Of a DNA stretch of 33,060 bases, positions 23,427 through 32,177 are shown piece after piece; position 1 is the first letter of the stretch; each line of letters starts with the position of its first letter. The translations under genes were made by a program, and so were the position numbers. The DNA is from an uncultured Christensenella sp. (GTDB lineage: Bacteria; Bacillota; Clostridia; Christensenellales; UBA1242), in the NCBI GenBank assembly GCA_964368395.1, contig CAYJAI010000004.1:1-33060 (forward strand), in the 5' to 3' direction. The notes beneath the pieces were generated by a model. The model did no database searches and was not told where the DNA came from. It saw nothing but the letters and a program-made list of their open reading frames with translations.

Positions 23427-24619
23427 AAAGAATTTTTATTGTATTTATTTTCATATTGTTGGCAGGTATCTTTTTGGGTGGTTGCGGAACTGTTTCGGCA
23501 GAAGGGAGCAAGACAACAGGGGGGTTGGAGCAGGAGTTAGAGGATAGCATAAATGAACAGATAGGCAGTATAGATTTTTCAGGCTTACAAGAGATTTTGG
23601 ACAAACTATCCTTGCAAGCAGTAGACTTGTTCGGCTCAGGTAGTTTTTGGGAAAAGGTGGGGCAACTTTTAGATGGGGATTTCGGTGAGGGATACAGCAG
23701 TTTTTTTGAAGCAATAATAGGTGTTTTTTTTGAGGAAATTTTGGGCTTTATCCCTTTGCTCGCTACCATTGTTATAGTTACACTTTTGTGTAGTATGATT
23801 GCCAATCTGCGAAGCAAAGAGAGTGGAGGCGGAGTAGGGCAAATAATAAACTTTGTCTGTTTCGGTGTGGTTGTAGTTCTTGTAAGTGCGGTGGTTATCG
23901 GTTTACTGAATTCAGCAACTGGGGTTATGTCCTCAATGCAGCAACAAATGAATGTGTTATTTCCTATTTTACTAACCTTTTTGGCAGGGGTAGGGGGAAC
24001 TGTTTCGGTAAGCATTTTCCAGCCTGCCATAGCAATCTTTTCAGGTGTGATTGTTCAAGTTTTTATGGGTATAATAGTGCCCTTGTTCATCTTTTTGTTT
24101 GTCTTTATTGTAGTGAACAATTTATCTCCTTCGGTTAAATTGAATAAGTTTATATCTTTAATTTCTAGCGTGTTTAAGTGGATTGCGGGCGTATGTTTCA
24201 GTTTGTTTTTAGGGTTTTTAGCCATTCAAGGTTTGCTAGCAGGAAGTTTTGATAGTGTAAGCATTCGTGCGACAAGGTTTGCTATAAAAAGTTATGTGCC
24301 TATTTTGGGCGGATATTTGTCCGAAGGATTTAATGTTGTTATTGCTAGCAGTGTTTTGATTAAAAACGCGGTCGGAGTTGCTGGCATTGTCCTACTTTTT
24401 GCTTCTGTTCTTGCGCCTCTGATAAACATAATCGCGTGTTCATTGCTGCTAAGGTTGACCGCTGCTATTTTAGAGCCTATAAACGAGAACAGTGGCATTC
24501 CTGAATTTTTACAGCAGGTAGCCAAAACCTTGAACTTACTGGTAACTATTCTTTTAGGCGTTGTATTTGTTTATGTGGTAACCATAGGAATGATTTTATG
24601 CACTGCAAACATTTTTTAA
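23423..24619 (+). CDS. spoIIIAE: Stage III sporulation protein AE
   Basis: Signal/lipobox-like N-terminus (LAGIFLGGCG), then a polytopic membrane domain. GTG overlaps the spoIIIAD stop. Confidence 0.83.
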   Translation: MKRIFIVFIFILLAGIFLGGCGTVSAEGSKTTGGLEQELEDSINEQIGSIDFSGLQEILDKLSLQAVDLFGSGSFWEKVGQLLDGDFGEGYSSFFEAIIGVFFEEILGFIPLLATIVIVTLLCSMIANLRSKESGGGVGQIINFVCFGVVVVLVSAVVIGLLNSATGVMSSMQQQMNVLFPILLTFLAGVGGTVSVSIFQPAIAIFSGVIVQVFMGIIVPLFIFLFVFIVVNNLSPSVKLNKFISLISSVFKWIAGVCFSLFLGFLAIQGLLAGSFDSVSIRATRFAIKSYVPILGGYLSEGFNVVIASSVLIKNAVGVAGIVLLFASVLAPLINIIACSLLLRLTAAILEPINENSGIPEFLQQVAKTLNLLVTILLGVVFVYVVTIGMILCTANIF

Positions 24620-24628
24620 GGAGGAGAT

Positions 24629-25111
24629 ATGAGTGGATTATCTGTTTATCTTTTAAGCATTGTTGGCGTGGTTATTATCTCAGTTGTTTTAGATTTAATT
24701 ATACCCTCTGGTCAAATAAGCAAATATATCAAGGGTATAATGTCCCTAGTTATTATTTTTGTTATAGCAAGCCCCTTGCCTAATTTAGTGAAAAACGGGT
24801 TTAATTTTTCTATGTGGAACTCTAATGCCGAACTAGATGAGGGGTATTTGGAAACTGTTAAAAATCAATATGTTCGCACCTTGGAAGAGCAGTTAGAGAA
24901 CCAACTTAAACAGGAGGGGATAACTGGGGCAGTAATCAATGTTTGGGGGGATTTGGAAAATGGTAAAATAAAAATAACTTATATTTTTGTAGAAATGAAA
25001 AATGTTGTTCTATCCGATGAAAAGGCGCATATAGATAAGTATGAGGCAATCAAAAGTGTGCTGATAAACTATACCGGAATAGGCGAAGAACAGGTGGTGT
25101 TTGATGGGTAA
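24629..25111 (+). CDS. spoIIIAF: Stage III sporulation protein AF
   Basis: Two N-terminal TM helices (LDLIIPSGQISKYIKGIMSLVII) as in SpoIIIAF. SD AAGGAGG. Confidence 0.75.
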   Translation: MSGLSVYLLSIVGVVIISVVLDLIIPSGQISKYIKGIMSLVIIFVIASPLPNLVKNGFNFSMWNSNAELDEGYLETVKNQYVRTLEEQLENQLKQEGITGAVINVWGDLENGKIKITYIFVEMKNVVLSDEKAHIDKYEAIKSVLINYTGIGEEQVVFDG

Positions 25112-25682
25112 GTTAGAGTTTTTAAACAAGTATAAGTGGTTTCAAAAACTTAAAAAAATTAAACATATCAAAGTAATTCTAGTTATCCTTTTAGCGTGTT
25201 TAGTTTTATTTGTTTGGCTTATTGATTGGGGAGGGAAGGAGGATAAAAGTGCTGAAAATTCTTTGATTTCTAGTGTTTCGTCTACCTCAGTCTACGCAAA
25301 AGAATTAGAAGGTCGTTTAGAAACCGCTTTGGGCAAAATTAGTGGTGCGGGTGATGTTAAAGTTATGATAACCTTTGATGGTGTAACCGAATTAGTTTTA
25401 GCAACCACAAAAGATGAGAAAACAAGTAGCACAAGCAATACCACCAGCAGTGGCGCGAACAACACTACCCAAACAACAACTGTTAGCGTTGAGCCTATTT
25501 TGATAACGGTGAACGGCTCTACAACGCCCATAGTTTTAATGGAAATTTTGCCTGAGATAAAAGGGGTGGTAGTGATTGCTCAGGGTGCAAATAATGTGCG
25601 AGTAAAACTGGACTTATTGAAAGCCATTCAAGCCTTATTAGAAGTCAGTTCCAGTCAAGTAGAAGTTTTTACAGCAAATTAA
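25104..25682 (+). CDS. spoIIIAG: Stage III sporulation protein AG
   Basis: Single TM, GAGDVKVMITF and EIKGVVVIAQGA ring-building motifs, S/T/N-rich insert. SD AGGTGG before ATG 25104. Confidence 0.8.
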   Translation: MGKLEFLNKYKWFQKLKKIKHIKVILVILLACLVLFVWLIDWGGKEDKSAENSLISSVSSTSVYAKELEGRLETALGKISGAGDVKVMITFDGVTELVLATTKDEKTSSTSNTTSSGANNTTQTTTVSVEPILITVNGSTTPIVLMEILPEIKGVVVIAQGANNVRVKLDLLKAIQALLEVSSSQVEVFTAN

Positions 25683-25691
25683 AAAGGAGAT

Positions 25692-26171
25692 ATGAAAATG
25701 ATTACAAAGAAAAAGAAAATTATTGTTTTATCCACTATGGTGGCACTATTAGTTTTAACTGGGTTTTTAAATCTAACTTTTAACCAAAATTTAACCACAA
25801 CTACCGGAGGAGGTTTGAATACTATGAACTTTTTTGAATCGTATAGAATAGACAGAGATTCTTCCCGAGAGCAACAAGTTTTATATTATAATGCAGTTTT
25901 AAACAGTGCAAATTCCAGCCAAACGGCCAAAGAAAGTGCTGAATCAAGTTTGTTATCTATGGCGGATAAAGAGGAACAAGAGTTGTTGTTGGAAAACTAT
26001 ATAATAGGTAAGGGTTTTGAGGATGTAGTGGTGTCCTTTACTAAAAACTATGTAAATGTTATGGTCAAAGCGCCTGAATTAACCGAAATGGAAGTGGCAC
26101 AAATCGTTCAAGTTGTGCAAGAACAGACATCAAAAGGCATAGATAACATTAAAATAATTCCCGTTGAATAG
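25692..26171 (+). CDS. spoIIIAH: Stage III sporulation protein AH
   Basis: Single TM, FFESYRIDRDSSREQQ motif, YscJ/FliF-like C-terminus. SD AAAGGAG. Confidence 0.75.
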   Translation: MKMITKKKKIIVLSTMVALLVLTGFLNLTFNQNLTTTTGGGLNTMNFFESYRIDRDSSREQQVLYYNAVLNSANSSQTAKESAESSLLSMADKEEQELLLENYIIGKGFEDVVVSFTKNYVNVMVKAPELTEMEVAQIVQVVQEQTSKGIDNIKIIPVE

Positions 26172-26231
26172 TTGCGCTATCCATAAAAATATGTTATACT
26201 TTCTTAGATATTAAGAGGGAAGTTAAATAAT

Positions 26232-26603
26232 ATGAGTGGTAAAGATATGGAAAGAACGGGCAAGGGGCTAGTAACTTATAATAAAAATATTTTGTTATCT
26301 ATAATAAGTCTTGCGGCAAAAGAAATAAGCGGAGTTGCTTCGCTATGTTCGAACTTTGGTAGTAATTTCTTTAAGAGAATATTTTCAAACAACTACTCAG
26401 AAGGGGTTCGTATAACGCATACAAAAGATGGTTTAGTTATTGATGTTTATATAAATATCTTCTCCAATTACAGTGTGTCCGATGTTGCTTTTAGAGTTCA
26501 GGAAAACATAAAAAGCGGAGTAATATCTATGATTAACTCTCCTATTCATTCTATCAATGTGAAGGTTATGGGAGTTCAGTTAGCGGAAACAGAAAAGAAA
26601 TAA
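26232..26603 (+). CDS. Asp23/Gls24 family envelope stress protein
   Basis: ILLSIISLAAKEISGVASL motif. Position before nusB matches B. subtilis yqhY. Confidence 0.82.
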   Translation: MSGKDMERTGKGLVTYNKNILLSIISLAAKEISGVASLCSNFGSNFFKRIFSNNYSEGVRITHTKDGLVIDVYINIFSNYSVSDVAFRVQENIKSGVISMINSPIHSINVKVMGVQLAETEKK

Positions 26604-26605
26604 AT

Positions 26606-26634
26606 AAGCCCTCTCAGAGGGTTTATTTTGTTTG
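26606..26634 (+). terminator. Rho-independent terminator after the asp23-like gene
   Basis: AAGCCCTC / GAGGGTTT stem, 3-nt loop, then ATTTTGTTT. Overlaps the TTG start at 26628 in the track, which argues against that start. Confidence 0.6.
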
Positions 26635-26642
26635 GGGGAAAT

Positions 26643-27062
26643 ATGAGTAGAAGTTTATGCAGAGAAAGAGCATATCAATTAGTTTTTAGTGAAAATTTAT
26701 CCGAATCCAAAAGTTCTTCTAAATGGAGAGAAACTTTGGATTCTTTTAAGGATACTTTCAAAGATGATTGTTCTAAGGATGATTTAAATTATCTTCAAAA
26801 TATTTGTGAGGGTGTTGCGCAAAAATACACTGAAATTTCTGAATTTGTAAACAATAGTTTAAAGGGGTATTCTTTGGACAAGTTGCACAAAGCGGATAGA
26901 AATATACTTTTAGTTGCTGTTTATGAATTAAAATGGACAGATACTCCGCCAAAGGTAGTGGTGAACGAAGCGGTGGAGTTGGCAAAAAAATATGGAACAG
27001 ATAAAAGCCCTGCCTTTATAAATGGTGTTTTATCTGGAATTTTGGTGAAAGTTAATGAGTGA
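26643..27062 (+). CDS. nusB: Transcription antitermination factor NusB
   Basis: RERAYQLVF and VVVNEAVELAKKYGTDKSPAFINGVLSGI motifs. ATG 26643 after GGGGGA. Confidence 0.9.
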   Translation: MSRSLCRERAYQLVFSENLSESKSSSKWRETLDSFKDTFKDDCSKDDLNYLQNICEGVAQKYTEISEFVNNSLKGYSLDKLHKADRNILLVAVYELKWTDTPPKVVVNEAVELAKKYGTDKSPAFINGVLSGILVKVNE

Positions 27063-28239
27063 AAATATGATAAGTGTAACGCAATTCTCAACCTATGTCA
27101 GACAGATTTTCAACGCAGAGGAATTGTTGCACAATATTTTAATATATGGGGAAGTGTCTGGCTGGAATATGTCCAGAGGGACAGCATACTTTAATTTGAA
27201 AGATGCAGACGCCCTCTTGCCCTGTGTCCGATTTGGTGCAGATGCCCTTGACTATGTTCCCAAAGAGGGCGATATGGTAGTGGTGCGTGGCTCACCAAAC
27301 TATTATGTTAAAGGCGGTAGGTTTTCTTTTGTTGTTACCACCATTAAAGCATATGGGTTAGGGGTATTGTATCAGCAATTTTTAGAGTTAAAGGCTAAAT
27401 TAGAGAAAGAGGGACTGTTCAGTCCTGAGCGCAAAAAATCTTTACCTAAAAACATTAAGAGGGTAGGGGTTGTAACCTCAGAAACGGGTGCGGTTATTCA
27501 GGATATCATTGATGTAACAAGGCGCCGAAATCCTATGTTGGATATTGTTCTATACCCTGCCAAGGTGCAAGGGGTAGGGGCAGAGGCGACTATTGTTCAA
27601 GGTATTAAAGAGTTGGACAAGAGGGATGTGGATGTTATTGTAATAGCGCGAGGCGGAGGTTCATTAGAGGATTTAAGTTGTTTTAATACCGAAATTGTTG
27701 CCCGTGCAATAGCGGCGGCTAGCAAGCCCATTCTAAGTGCGGTAGGGCACGAGACAGATTTTACAATAGCCGATTTTGTGTCCGATATCCGAGCGCCCAC
27801 ACCCTCTGCCGCTGCCGAGTTAGTTTCGGTAGATATGGGGGCATTGCTAGATGCGTTGAGGGCAAATATGAGGAAAGTAGGCTTGCTGACTAGCAATTTC
27901 TTAAAGGCTACCCGAGAGAAGGTTTTTAATTTAGCAGATAGTTTGAACACCGATTTTTTGATGTATCAGCAAGAAAAAACAGTGCCCATTCGAGAAACGC
28001 TTATAAAATTAGGGCAAAAGGTGGATAATGTTTTAATTAACAAAGAGCACAAACTAAGGTTGTTGGTTAATAATATAGAGGGAAAAAATCCCTTAGCCAT
28101 TTTAAAAATGGGATATGCCTCAGTGGAAAAAGATGATAGAAGAGTGCTTTCTATTCAGCAAGTTCAAGTAGGCGATAATTTGAATATTCGACTTGGCGAT
28201 GGGGTGCTGGTAGGAAATATAACAGGTAAAAAGGAGTAA
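27055..28239 (+). CDS. xseA: Exodeoxyribonuclease VII large subunit
   Basis: OB N-terminus plus GVVTSETGAVIQDI and IARGGGSLEDL motifs. 8-nt overlap with nusB. Confidence 0.93.
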   Translation: MSENMISVTQFSTYVRQIFNAEELLHNILIYGEVSGWNMSRGTAYFNLKDADALLPCVRFGADALDYVPKEGDMVVVRGSPNYYVKGGRFSFVVTTIKAYGLGVLYQQFLELKAKLEKEGLFSPERKKSLPKNIKRVGVVTSETGAVIQDIIDVTRRRNPMLDIVLYPAKVQGVGAEATIVQGIKELDKRDVDVIVIARGGGSLEDLSCFNTEIVARAIAAASKPILSAVGHETDFTIADFVSDIRAPTPSAAAELVSVDMGALLDALRANMRKVGLLTSNFLKATREKVFNLADSLNTDFLMYQQEKTVPIRETLIKLGQKVDNVLINKEHKLRLLVNNIEGKNPLAILKMGYASVEKDDRRVLSIQQVQVGDNLNIRLGDGVLVGNITGKKE

Positions 28240-28242
28240 GAA

Positions 28243-28449
28243 ATGACTTTTGAAGAAAAAATAAAAAGATTAGAGGAAATATTGACCATCATTGAGGGAG
28301 GAAAAGCACCTTTGGAAGAGGTAAATCAGTTGTTCGCTGAGGGGGTGGAGTTGGCTAAAAGTTCTTTTGATATGTTGGAAAAAAGTAAAGGAGAGGTTAC
28401 AGTTTTACAATCCGAACTTCAAAAAATGATAGAAAAACCCTTTAATTAA
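28243..28449 (+). CDS. xseB: Exodeoxyribonuclease VII small subunit
   Basis: FEEKIKRLEEILTIIEGGKAPLEEVNQLFAEGVELAK is the typical XseB helix pair. Confidence 0.9.
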   Translation: MTFEEKIKRLEEILTIIEGGKAPLEEVNQLFAEGVELAKSSFDMLEKSKGEVTVLQSELQKMIEKPFN

Positions 28450-28753
28450 AACAAACCTCGCTAAAAGTTAGATAAAGCAAGGTAATTTAGTTCTTAATTT
28501 AATATTGTGTTACGAGCCCTTGATATTAAAGACATAAAGAGAGGGAGCAAGATGTTGAGTAGCCTATATTTATTGAGGCAGTGCTTAACCTGCTGATGAA
28601 AGATTGAGGAAGTAAAAATGTTATTACATTATAAGATATGCCGAACAGTTGTATGGTGAAAAAATAGATTTTAACTTCCTTAAAATAAAAATGAATTATT
28701 CTTAGTTTTTTAATTTAACTCATTTTCGCGGACTTAATTTAATATAATAGACT

Positions 28754-29359
28754 ATGCAGGAAGATGATTTAGAGCAAGAAATAAAGTCACAAGGAATACT
28801 AAAAGAGGTTAAAAAAAATTCTTTGAGTTCAAAGGTTTGGTATACCGAACTTTTCCTTGCCTCTTTATTTTTATGTTTTGTTTTCGCAATAATTTCACAA
28901 TTTATTCTATCCTATGCTAACTTAGCAATAGCATTATTTTTAATTTTGATACTGATAGCAATTAGTGTGTTTTTTGATTTAGTGGGGGTAGCGGTGGCTG
29001 CTAGCCATATAAAACCTTTTTTAGAATTGAAGAAAAAGGGTTATCAAAGAGGGGTAGATAACGCTATAAAATTAGTTAAAAATGCTGATAGGGTTTCTTC
29101 TATATGCACGGATGTGGTAGGGGACATTTGCAGTATTTTAAGTGGAGCAGGAGGGGTTGCTGTTTCCATTATTATACTTTCCGAAACGACCTCTTTGGGT
29201 AGTGCCATATTGTCCACTCTAATTAGTTCGCTGATTGCTGCTTTAACTGTTTTAGGTAAGGCATTAGGAAAGTCATATGCCTTGAATTATCCAACTAAAA
29301 TTTTGATGGGAGTGGGTAGATTTTTATCCTTCTTCTCTAAAAATAAAAAGAAAAAATGA
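28754..29359 (+). CDS. Integral membrane protein, family not recognised
   Basis: Acidic N-terminus, then 4-5 hydrophobic helices (FDLVGVAVAA, VVGDICSILSGAGGVAVS). No SD. TATAAT at 28743-28748 ends 5 nt before the ATG. Confidence 0.55.
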   Translation: MQEDDLEQEIKSQGILKEVKKNSLSSKVWYTELFLASLFLCFVFAIISQFILSYANLAIALFLILILIAISVFFDLVGVAVAASHIKPFLELKKKGYQRGVDNAIKLVKNADRVSSICTDVVGDICSILSGAGGVAVSIIILSETTSLGSAILSTLISSLIAALTVLGKALGKSYALNYPTKILMGVGRFLSFFSKNKKKK

Positions 29360-29392
29360 ATAAAGTTATGCATAATTATAAATTTTAAGCCC

Positions 29393-29420
29393 AAAACGCC
29401 CTAAAATAGGCGTTTTCTTA
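29393..29420 (+). terminator. Rho-independent terminator after the membrane protein gene
   Basis: AAAACGCC / GGCGTTTT perfect 8-bp stem, 8-nt loop, then CTTAT. Confidence 0.6.
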
Positions 29421-29431
29421 TGTGTAAAGAT

Positions 29432-29465
29432 TTTGAATAAATATGCAGAAAAGTATTGCATATTT
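29432..29465. promoter_or_regulatory. ARG-box-like operator overlapping the argR promoter
   Basis: TTTGAATAAATATGCAGA (29432-29449) matches TNTGAATWWWWATTCANW at all defined positions except one. Perfect 9-bp inverted repeat AAATATGCA (29439-29447) / TGCATATTT (29457-29465). Confidence 0.45.
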
Positions 29466-29484
29466 ATAAAATATAATGTATAAT
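29456..29484 (+). promoter_or_regulatory. sigma-A promoter candidate for argR
   Basis: TTGCAT 29456-29461, 17-nt spacer, TATAAT 29479-29484. Confidence 0.5.
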
Positions 29485-29534
29485 ATGTGTAGCAAAAATG
29501 TATAAAAATTATTTTATGCAAAAGGAGTTACATA

Positions 29535-29990
29535 GTGGCAAGGTCTTCACGACAATCTAAAATAATAGAAATAATATCTAATACTGAAATTGAAACACAG
29601 GAAGAGTTGGTTTCTTCTCTATGTAATTCAGGCTTTGATGTTACCCAGGCAACTATATCACGCGATATAAAAGAGTTGGGTTTGATTAAAATTGTAGGCG
29701 ATAAAAAGAAATATAGGTATGCTTTTGTGGGCAATGAGGACAGAATAGGCGCTAACAAAGTTGCAAACATTTTCAAAGAAGCGGTAATCTGGGTGAAGAA
29801 TATGAATAATATGATAGTTATAAAAACCCTCCGAGGAACGGCATCTGCGGTAGGTAATTTTGTGGACCGTTTGGCCATTGAGCATATTCTAGGTTGTGTA
29901 TATGGCGATGATACTGTAATGTTGTTAGTGGACAATTTGGAGAATACACCGAAAATAAGTTCACGGCTTGCCGAGATTCTTGCACACTGA
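29535..29990 (+). CDS. argR: Arginine repressor
   Basis: RQSKIIEIISNTEIETQEELVSSLCNSGFDVTQATISRDIKELGLIK winged-helix N-terminus plus a C-terminal oligomerisation domain. GTG start 7 nt after AAGGAG. Confidence 0.92.
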   Translation: MARSSRQSKIIEIISNTEIETQEELVSSLCNSGFDVTQATISRDIKELGLIKIVGDKKKYRYAFVGNEDRIGANKVANIFKEAVIWVKNMNNMIVIKTLRGTASAVGNFVDRLAIEHILGCVYGDDTVMLLVDNLENTPKISSRLAEILAH

Positions 29991-30039
29991 TTTCAAGTTT
30001 AAAAACAACAATAATTTTATTTAGTAAGATAAAAAATCT

Positions 30040-30070
30040 AGCAATCTTTTTAAAACGGTTGCTTTTTTTG
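30040..30070 (+). terminator. Rho-independent terminator after argR
   Basis: AGCAATC / GGTTGCT stem (one G-U pair), 10-nt loop, T7 run. Confidence 0.6.
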
Positions 30071-30087
30071 TTCATATGTTCTATAAT
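30059..30087 (+). promoter_or_regulatory. sigma-A promoter candidate for recN
   Basis: TTGCTT 30059-30064, 17-nt spacer, TATAAT 30082-30087. Confidence 0.5.
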
Positions 30088-30112
30088 CTTATAAGGAATA
30101 TGAGGTGGGAGA

Positions 30113-31786
30113 ATGTTAACAAAACTCAGAGTGCAAAACTTCGCTTTAATAGAAGATGTGACCTTGAATTTTGATAATAGGTTAGTGGTTTTCAGTGGAG
30201 AAACTGGTTCAGGAAAATCTATTTTAATCAATGCTATAAGTTTTTTGATAGGGAATAGGGCGGATAAGACCTTTTTGCGTCACGGCGCAAGTTGGACTCA
30301 GGTAGATGGGGTATTTAAAATTGATAATAAATCGGCTATTGCAGAGGCTTGCAACAGTTTAGGCATCTCTATGGACCAAGAGTTGATTTTAACCAGAAAG
30401 TTAACCGCGGATGGTAAAAATGAGATTCGTGTAAATGGTGAACTGGTAAACTTAACTATGCTCAAAAAAATAACCTCACTTTTAGTGGATATATATGGCC
30501 AGCACCAGCATCAAAGTTTGCTTGATATAAATAAGCATCTAGAATTTATAGATACTTACAATAAACCGCCACAACTTGTTGAGTTAGGGCAGACAATTCA
30601 GGAAATTGGTAAGATAGATGAAAAACTGCAACATTTTGGTGGAGATTTTGCTACCCGTGAGAGGGATAAAGAGTTTTTAGAGTTTGAATTGAAAGAATTA
30701 AATGATGCCGAATTGCAGATAGGAGAGGATATAGCCTTAGAGGAAAAGAAAAAGCGGTTTGCAAATGTTCAAAAAATAGCGGATGCGGTAAATGGAGCAA
30801 GTGACTATTTAGGTGGAGGGGACAATTTAATCTCAGTAGAGGGCTGTTTATACAATGCGTATAAGGTGCTGGGCAATTTATCCGATGTGGATAAAAATGT
30901 TAGCGAACTTGCTGTCCGACTTGATTCTGCGCGGATAGAAGTTGAGGATATAAAAAGTAGTTTACAAGATGTTTTATCCGATTATGATTTTAGTGAAAGT
31001 GAATTTGAACAGGTGGAAACTCGTTGGGAAATCTTAAAGAATATCAAAAGGAAATATGGCGGAAGCATTGAGGGCGCGTTAGATTATCAGCAAAAAGCGG
31101 AAGATAAACTGTTTTTTTTGCAAAATAGTGAGGAGCAAATAGCGAAATTAACCGAACAAAAAAAGAAACTAACTGAACAGGGTTGGGAACTGTGCGAAAA
31201 AATACATCAGGTTCGCAAGCAAAGCGCGGAGGAAATTCAGACCAAAATAACAGAGGAACTCACTCAACTGGGTATGCCGAATGCAAGGCTGGTAGTAGAT
31301 TTCAAAAAGAGTTCGGTGTTCTCTTCAAGCGGGGCTGATTTGGTAGAGTTTTTGTTTTCTGCGAATGCTGGCGAACCATTAAAGCCTTTGGTGAAAGTTA
31401 TATCGGGCGGAGAAATGTCACGGTTTATGCTTGCCTTTAAGACGGTTATGAATGAGGTTAATGGCGTTCCTATGATGATTTTCGATGAGATAGACAGCGG
31501 TATAAGTGGGGAAATGGGGTTTGCGGTTGCTTGTAAGATGGTTGAATTATCTAAGAAGGCGCAAGTTATAGTTGTTACGCATTTGGCAAGTATTGGGGTT
31601 ATGGCGGACCAGCACTTTCAAATTGAAAAGAAGAAAGTGAAAGAACGAACAGTGAGTGAGGTTATTGAACTAAACGATTCCGAACAGTTGAATGAGATTG
31701 CGCGTTTAGCGGGCGGTGTCAACAGTGCCTTTGGTAGGGAGTATGCACAAAAATTAAAAGAAAGAGCGGAGCAACTGAAAAAATAA
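30113..31786 (+). CDS. recN: DNA repair protein RecN
   Basis: Walker A GETGSGKS, long coiled-coil middle, signature ISGGEMSRFMLAF, Walker B MIFDEIDSGISG. Confidence 0.95.
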   Translation: MLTKLRVQNFALIEDVTLNFDNRLVVFSGETGSGKSILINAISFLIGNRADKTFLRHGASWTQVDGVFKIDNKSAIAEACNSLGISMDQELILTRKLTADGKNEIRVNGELVNLTMLKKITSLLVDIYGQHQHQSLLDINKHLEFIDTYNKPPQLVELGQTIQEIGKIDEKLQHFGGDFATRERDKEFLEFELKELNDAELQIGEDIALEEKKKRFANVQKIADAVNGASDYLGGGDNLISVEGCLYNAYKVLGNLSDVDKNVSELAVRLDSARIEVEDIKSSLQDVLSDYDFSESEFEQVETRWEILKNIKRKYGGSIEGALDYQQKAEDKLFFLQNSEEQIAKLTEQKKKLTEQGWELCEKIHQVRKQSAEEIQTKITEELTQLGMPNARLVVDFKKSSVFSSSGADLVEFLFSANAGEPLKPLVKVISGGEMSRFMLAFKTVMNEVNGVPMMIFDEIDSGISGEMGFAVACKMVELSKKAQVIVVTHLASIGVMADQHFQIEKKKVKERTVSEVIELNDSEQLNEIARLAGGVNSAFGREYAQKLKERAEQLKK

Positions 31787-31828
31787 AGGAAGATATTACT
31801 ATAAAAAGAGAAAACTAATATTAAACTT

Positions 31829-32057
31829 TTCTCTCACATTAAGATAAAGGCAAAGGTATGGTGACTATTATTTGGTATTATCTTATTATTTGCTTGATGT
31901 CTATTTCCCACACATTAAAGATATGGTGAATATTGATAAAACCCTTTACATTAAGTTTATCGCATCGGAGGTAGGGTGGCATTCCTCTCGTTAAAGATGG
32001 AGTGACTTTTTTGGTATTATCTATTCCTCTCACATTAAGATAAAAGCAAAGGTATGG
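31829..32057. repeat. Degenerate tandem/segmental repeats in the recN-spoIVB spacer
   Basis: 31-nt CTCTCACATTAAGATAAA(G/A)GCAAAGGTATGG at 31831 and 32027 (1 mismatch), TTGGTATTATCT at 31872 and 32011, and three diverged CACATTAAAGAT..ATGGTGA-like units between them. Confidence 0.75.
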
Positions 32058-32177
32058 GTTATAAAAAATATTTTAAACAAGAAAGGTAAATTTTTATCTT
32101 TCTTTTTATCTTTACAGCAATTTACTTACATATTTTTACGCTAAAACAAAAAACTACTTTAAAGGAGTAGTTCTTTT

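Noticed and set aside
28549-28593. 14-codon ORF MLSSLYLLRQCLTC with a GAGGGAG SD in the xseB-downstream spacer
   Set aside because: It is too short to evaluate, has no obvious downstream regulated gene or attenuator structure, and could easily arise by chance.
28743-28756. Leaderless arrangement for the 201-aa membrane protein gene (TATAAT 5 nt before the ATG)
   Set aside because: No acceptable -35 or extended -10 accompanies the TATAAT, and TATAAT-like words are frequent in this AT-rich DNA. It is weaker than the case at 9291-9327.
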